From Deltaproteobacteria bacterium (GTDB taxonomy: Bacteria > Myxococcota_A > Polyangia > Polyangiales > Houyiibacteriaceae), in the NCBI GenBank assembly GCA_034670305.1, contig JAXMNT010000056.1, positions 1 to 51,690 of the forward strand: a stretch of DNA of 51,690 nucleotides, in the 5' to 3' direction. The notes below the pieces were generated by a model. It did not search any database. It saw nothing but the letters and a program-made list of their open reading frames with translations, and had not been told where the DNA came from. Numbering within the stretch: the first letter of the stretch is position 1; each line of letters begins with the position of its first letter. Below, in pieces: positions 47,680-51,690 of this stretch. The translations under genes were made by a program, and so were the position numbers.

Positions 47680-47711
47680 AAGAACGCCGCATCCCGAGAG
47701 GGACGCGGCGT
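47680..47711 (-). terminator. Probable terminator after rplC
   Basis: 12-bp stem ACGCCGCGTCCC-TCTC-GGGATGCGGCGT (one G-U pair) followed by TCTT on the minus strand. Confidence 0.55.
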
Positions 47712-47752
47712 CGTTCAAGAGACAGCACGCGACTGCCTGATCGAAAACCAAC

Positions 47753-48415
47753 TCAGTTCGCGGCGTGCTTCTTCTTGATTGCGGGGCGCACGGTCACGAT
47801 GCCGCCGGGTGCGCCGGGCACGCTGCCTTCGAGGAGCACGAGGCCTTCTTCCTGCATCACGCGGACGACCTTCACGTTCATGACGGTCACGCGTTTGTTG
47901 CCGTGCTGTCCGGCCATCTTCTTGCCCTTGAAGACCCGGCCCGGCGTCATGTTCATACCGATCGAGCCGCCGTGGCGCTGGTACTCGTGCTGTCCGTGGC
48001 TGGCCTTGTAGCCCTTGAAGTTGTGACGCTTCATGACGCCGGTGAAGCCCTTGCCCTTGCCCTTGCCGGAGATGTCGACGAACTGTCCGACCGTGAACAC
48101 GTCGGCGACAGTGATCTGCGCGCCGATCTCGTACTTCGCGACGATCTCTTCCGACAGGCGGAACTCCATCATCGTCTTCGGAACGGGCAGGCCGAGCTTG
48201 GCGTAGAGGCCGGCTTCGGGCTTGCGGACCGACTTCGGGTTCTTGGTGCCGAACGCGAGCTGCAGGGCGCTGTACCCGTGCTTCTCCACGGTGCGCTTGC
48301 CGACGACCGTGCACGGACCGGCTTCGACGACACTGACGCGGCGAACCTCGCCTTCTTCGGTGAAGACCTGTGTGGTGCCGACTTTTTTGGCGATGAGGCC
48401 GAGATTGGTGTTCAT
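47753..48415 (-). CDS. rplC: 50S ribosomal protein L3
   Basis: 'KKVGTTQVF', 'GYSALQL', 'GKGKGFTGVMKRHNF', 'TPGRVFKGKKMAG', 'GSVPGA'. Confidence 0.97.
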   Translation of the reverse strand: MNTNLGLIAKKVGTTQVFTEEGEVRRVSVVEAGPCTVVGKRTVEKHGYSALQLAFGTKNPKSVRKPEAGLYAKLGLPVPKTMMEFRLSEEIVAKYEIGAQITVADVFTVGQFVDISGKGKGKGFTGVMKRHNFKGYKASHGQHEYQRHGGSIGMNMTPGRVFKGKKMAGQHGNKRVTVMNVKVVRVMQEEGLVLLEGSVPGAPGGIVTVRPAIKKKHAAN

Positions 48416-48527
48416 GGAACTTTCCTAAACTTCAATGGTTTCGCCGCTTTGCATCTCATCGGGATGCTCTACGACAGTGTCTTGCGACAGGAAAAAGGGC
48501 CGTACGCTAGGAGAAACGCGGCGCGGG

Positions 48528-49379
48528 TCAAGCCGGCGGCGTCAGACCGAAGAGCGCGCAGGCATTTCTGGCCGTCGTCCACCGCAGTTCTTCCGGGTCC
48601 ACGCCGCGCAGGCCCGCGACGAAGTCCGCAGTGTGCGAGACGAACGCCGGTTCGTTTCGTTTGCCGCGCTGAGGGATGGGGGCGAGGTAGGGCGCGTCGG
48701 TCTCGATGAGGATCGCATCCGCGGGCTGCTGGGTCGCGGCCTCTTGGATCGCTTGGGCGCTCTTGAACGTCACGATGCCGGAGAAGCTCGAGACAAAGTT
48801 CATGTCGAGCGCGGCCTTGGCGAACGCCGGCCCCTCGCTGAAGCAGTGAATGATGCCGCCGACATCGGCCGCGTTCTCCTCCCGCATGATGCGCAGGGTG
48901 TCGTCCGCCGCGTCGCGGGTGTGGATCACGATGGGCTTCTTCACTTCGCGCGCCAGCGCGATCTGGCGCCGGAATGCCAGCTGCTGCACTTCGCGCGGCG
49001 AGTTGTCGTAGTAGTAGTCGAGCCCCATCTCGCCGATGGCCACGACGAGCGGGTCGCGCGCGATGCGTTCCACCTCGGCGAAGCGTGCGTCGTCGAGGGC
49101 ACGCAACGCGGCGTCGTCAAGCACCTCGCCCTCTTCGACGGGCGGCTCCGCGTCGTGCGGATGAATGCCGATGGTGGTCGTGATCCAATCGCGGTGCGCC
49201 CGCGCGATCTGAAGCGCGCTCTCCACGTGCTCGAGCGTCCGCGCACACCCGATGGTGGTCATGCGCCACACGCCGGCGTCGGCCGCGCGGGTGAGCACCT
49301 CGTCGATCTTGCCGTCGTACTTGCGGTGATCGAGGTGACAGTGGGTGTCGAAGAGCGGGCCAGAAGGAGAGATCGTCAT
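48528..49379 (-). CDS. tatD: TatD-family metal-dependent nuclease
   Basis: 'DTHCH', 'GIHPH', 'IGEMGLDYY', 'IHTR', 'HCFS', 'ETDAPYL'. Confidence 0.93.
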   Translation of the reverse strand: MTISPSGPLFDTHCHLDHRKYDGKIDEVLTRAADAGVWRMTTIGCARTLEHVESALQIARAHRDWITTTIGIHPHDAEPPVEEGEVLDDAALRALDDARFAEVERIARDPLVVAIGEMGLDYYYDNSPREVQQLAFRRQIALAREVKKPIVIHTRDAADDTLRIMREENAADVGGIIHCFSEGPAFAKAALDMNFVSSFSGIVTFKSAQAIQEAATQQPADAILIETDAPYLAPIPQRGKRNEPAFVSHTADFVAGLRGVDPEELRWTTARNACALFGLTPPA

Positions 49380-50440
49380 GATGGTTCCGGAAGTTGGTGA
49401 CGCGAACGCAGCTCGTCCAGTGCCCGCTTCGCTTCGTCGCTCGTGGTCGACAGGGCACGGAGGGCATCCGCGAGGAGGACGGGGTCGGCGCCCCGCAGTC
49501 GTTCGCAGAGCCGCGCGAGCGCTGGGACCAAGCCGGTGAGGCCGAGTTTGCCCACCGCTTCGATGGCGTAGTCGCGCCCGTCGGGCCGCCACGCGCGCAA
49601 CACCCGGTCGAGCGCCGGTTCGCCGCGCCAGTCTCCGCGTCGGGCGAGCGCCTTGCCGACGGCTGCCCGGATCAGCAGCGGGGTGAAGAGCCGCGCCGCC
49701 GTGAACGCCAGCGCTTCGAGCCCGCGTTCGGTGGCCACTTCGCCAAGCGCCTCGGCGGCCTCCAGAGCGATGGTGCGGTCGGCGAGCGAACGGATCAGCA
49801 CGGGTTCGCCCCGGCCGTCGCCAAGCGCCGCCAACGCGAGCGCGGCGCTGAACGCTGTGTCCTCCCGCTCGAGGGCCGGCGCGATCGCATTGGCCGAGGT
49901 CCGGTCGATCCACGCGAGAGACTCGACTGCCGCGCAGGCGACCCGCGTGTCTTCGTCGTCGATGCGCGCGCGCAGGGCGGCCGCGATTTCGGGCGTCGCG
50001 CTCGGGTCGGTGTGCTCGGCGCCGTCCTCGCCGAACGCCACCTGTTCGGCGAGCGCGCCGATCGCCTGCCAGCGCATCTCGGCCCGGGCATCCTTCGTGA
50101 GCGCGACGAGCCAGTCGGGAGAGCGGTCCATCCGTGCGGCGGCGCGAACGGCGGCTTGGCGCACTTCGTCGTGGCCATCGTCGAAACGCGCGCGCAGGAG
50201 CGCCAACACTTCGGGCCGCTCTCGGCTCGCGTCGATCGCGCCGAGCCCCGCCACCGCCACCGTGCGAATCGGGCCGAGCGGGTCGTCCGCGAGTTCGACC
50301 AGCGCGTCGATCGCCTCGGCTTCCCGACCGTCCGGCGGAGACGCCAGCACTGCGGCCGCGGCGTAGCGGTACTTCGGGTCGCCGCTGCTCCGGTCTCGGA
50401 GCGCTGCGTCGAAGGTGGGGGTGAGGGGAGGGAGGAACAC
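49376..50440 (-). CDS. HEAT-repeat protein
   Basis: Repeated 'D....VR..A..AL' units; coupled to tatD (ATGA). Confidence 0.8.
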   Translation of the reverse strand: MFLPPLTPTFDAALRDRSSGDPKYRYAAAAVLASPPDGREAEAIDALVELADDPLGPIRTVAVAGLGAIDASRERPEVLALLRARFDDGHDEVRQAAVRAAARMDRSPDWLVALTKDARAEMRWQAIGALAEQVAFGEDGAEHTDPSATPEIAAALRARIDDEDTRVACAAVESLAWIDRTSANAIAPALEREDTAFSAALALAALGDGRGEPVLIRSLADRTIALEAAEALGEVATERGLEALAFTAARLFTPLLIRAAVGKALARRGDWRGEPALDRVLRAWRPDGRDYAIEAVGKLGLTGLVPALARLCERLRGADPVLLADALRALSTTSDEAKRALDELRSRHQLPEPS

Positions 50441-50486
50441 GCGGGTGCAGACATAGCAGCGTGACCAGGAAGGTCGATGCCGGCGC

Positions 50487-50717
50487 CCCGTGCCCTTGCC
50501 CTCCGTGCCCTTGCCCGTGCCCTTGCCCTTGCCCTTGCCCTTGGTTCAGCCGAAGCCGAAGCCGAAGCCGAAGCCGAAGCCGAAGCCGAATCCGAAGCCG
50601 AAGCCGAAGCCGAAGCCGAAGCCGAATCCGAATCCGAAACCGAAACCGAAGCCGAAACCGAAGCCGAAACCGAAACCGAATCGGAATCCGAAGCCGAAGC
50701 CGAATCCCGATGCCGAC
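50487..50717. repeat. Hexamer tract G: (GCCCTT/GCCCGT)n - (GCCGAA/ACCGAA)n between divergent genes
   Basis: Visible tandem hexamers. Confidence 0.95.
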
Positions 50718-50745
50718 ACGTCGGCCGGGTATGCTCGTGGCCACA

Positions 50746-51462
50746 ATGGAGGCACGCACTCGGGTTTTGTTGATCGCCGCGCTCGTGGTGGGGGTGGTGG
50801 GGCTGATTGTCTACGGGTTGCTACCGACGCCGGAGGCGGAGGTGGAGAGCGCCGGTGCGGCGGCCGATTTCGCGGATGCGTCGCTGCCGCTGCCCGATGC
50901 GGGACCGGTGGAAGGCGCGCCGCCGGCGCGGGCGAAGGCGATGGAGGTGCGGCGGCTTCGGCGGCAGGTGGCCGAACGCTTGCGCGAGGCGGTTCGGGAG
51001 GCGCGCGCCACTCGAGAGGCGCAGGTTGCGCAGGCGCAGGCGGCAGCGGCCGAGGCGTTGCTGGGGGGCGCATCCGCGGAACCGGCCGAGGCGCCCGAGG
51101 AGCCGGCGGGGCGGATCGATCCGCAGTACATCCGGGACGCGATCGAATCGGTGAAGCCGCTTCTCGCCGAGTGCTACGAGCTCGGGGTCGACGAGGCGGA
51201 GCGGGCGGGCGAAGCGGCGCCGGAGGGCAGGGTGCTCATGCAGTTCGTGTTCGCGGGAGAACCCGACGTGGGGGGCGTGGTGGAAGAGAGTGAAGTGCTG
51301 ACGGAAGAGAGCGACATCCAGACGCCCGCCATCCACGAGTGTTTTCGCGAGACGCTCTACACACTCGAGTTGCCCGCGCCGGAAGGCGGCGGACGCATCA
51401 CCGTGCGTTACCCGTTCCTGATGCACTCCGACCCGCCCGAGGAAGCGGTGGGGGCGGAGTAG
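50746..51462 (+). CDS. Membrane-anchored protein with an AgmX/PglI (TonB-C-like) C-terminal domain
   Basis: N-terminal TM; 'IRDAI...L.ECYE...EGRV...F...C......[17 protein letters not shown]'. Confidence 0.75.
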   Translation: MEARTRVLLIAALVVGVVGLIVYGLLPTPEAEVESAGAAADFADASLPLPDAGPVEGAPPARAKAMEVRRLRRQVAERLREAVREARATREAQVAQAQAAAAEALLGGASAEPAEAPEEPAGRIDPQYIRDAIESVKPLLAECYELGVDEAERAGEAAPEGRVLMQFVFAGEPDVGGVVEESEVLTEESDIQTPAIHECFRETLYTLELPAPEGGGRITVRYPFLMHSDPPEEAVGAE

Positions 51463-51503
51463 GGGCGCGCGGTACGGGCAGTCCAGCACACGCGGAAGCC
51501 GTG

Positions 51504-51557
51504 GCCGAAGCCGATGCCGACGCCGATGCGGATGCCGACGCCGATGCGGATGCCGAC
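51504..51557. repeat. Hexamer tract H: (GCCGAT/GCCGAC/GCGGAT)n next to the terminal element
   Basis: Visible tandem hexamers ending about 8 bp from the CTAG. Confidence 0.85.
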
Positions 51558-51565
51558 TCCTCGGG

Positions 51566-51690
51566 CTAGCAGGTTGCTGAAGAACGCCCGCAGGGCGTTC
51601 TCGCAGCCTGCCCCTTGCCCCTGCCCTTGCCTTTGCCCTTGCCCGCGGATCAGCGGTCAGATCGCTTGATCAGCGCGACGAGCATCGCGA
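51566..51690 (-). mobile_element. Inverted right end of the CTAG element, including the same partial ORF end, truncated by the window end
   Basis: 51566-51689 is the exact reverse complement of 1-124. Confidence 0.8.

Noticed and set aside
1-51690. Whole window as a linear replicon or giant transposon with 124-bp terminal inverted repeats
   Set aside because: The element's CTAG ends point into the window, not outward, and the interior is housekeeping chromosome. This is better explained as a contig broken at two copies of a collapsed repeat.

Overview
GC-rich chromosomal segment, probably from a myxobacterium of class Polyangia. This is inferred from the Ser/Thr kinases, FHA and sigma-54 regulators, PEGA/TPR proteins, Cys/Asp-repeat lipoproteins and pilT/pilC/pilS. 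Housekeeping genes (trpG-trpD-trpC, purM-purN, glnD, rlmE, a solitary rplC, tatD, an AmiC-type amidase, an MlaD/MCE gene) are mixed with envelope and signalling modules. The most unusual signal is in the non-coding DNA. (i) The first 124 bp are the exact reverse complement of 51566-51689. They form the end of a CTAG-bounded, hairpin-rich, modular element that recurs without a gene at 11445-11652 and partially at 39685-39831; at the window ends it carries the C-terminus of a probable four-helix-bundle gene. (ii) Eight tracts of GCCGAN hexamers, five of them also carrying GCCCGT/GCCCTT blocks, cover about 3% of the window. Two of them bracket a stand-alone GyrB N-terminal ATPase gene as inverted repeats, and one lies in frame in a lipoprotein N-terminus. 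Other points: a kinase/FHA/sigma-54 cassette with a visible -24/-12 promoter and phased boxes, paired TPR-'GRF' and Met-rich-'NPY' proteins, a GlnD with a broken HD motif, and a DUF3570/DUF4266 operon with an atypical cytochrome c lipoprotein. No rRNA, tRNA, CRISPR array, transposase or integrase was recognised. All calls are by-eye motif recognition; no database searches were run.
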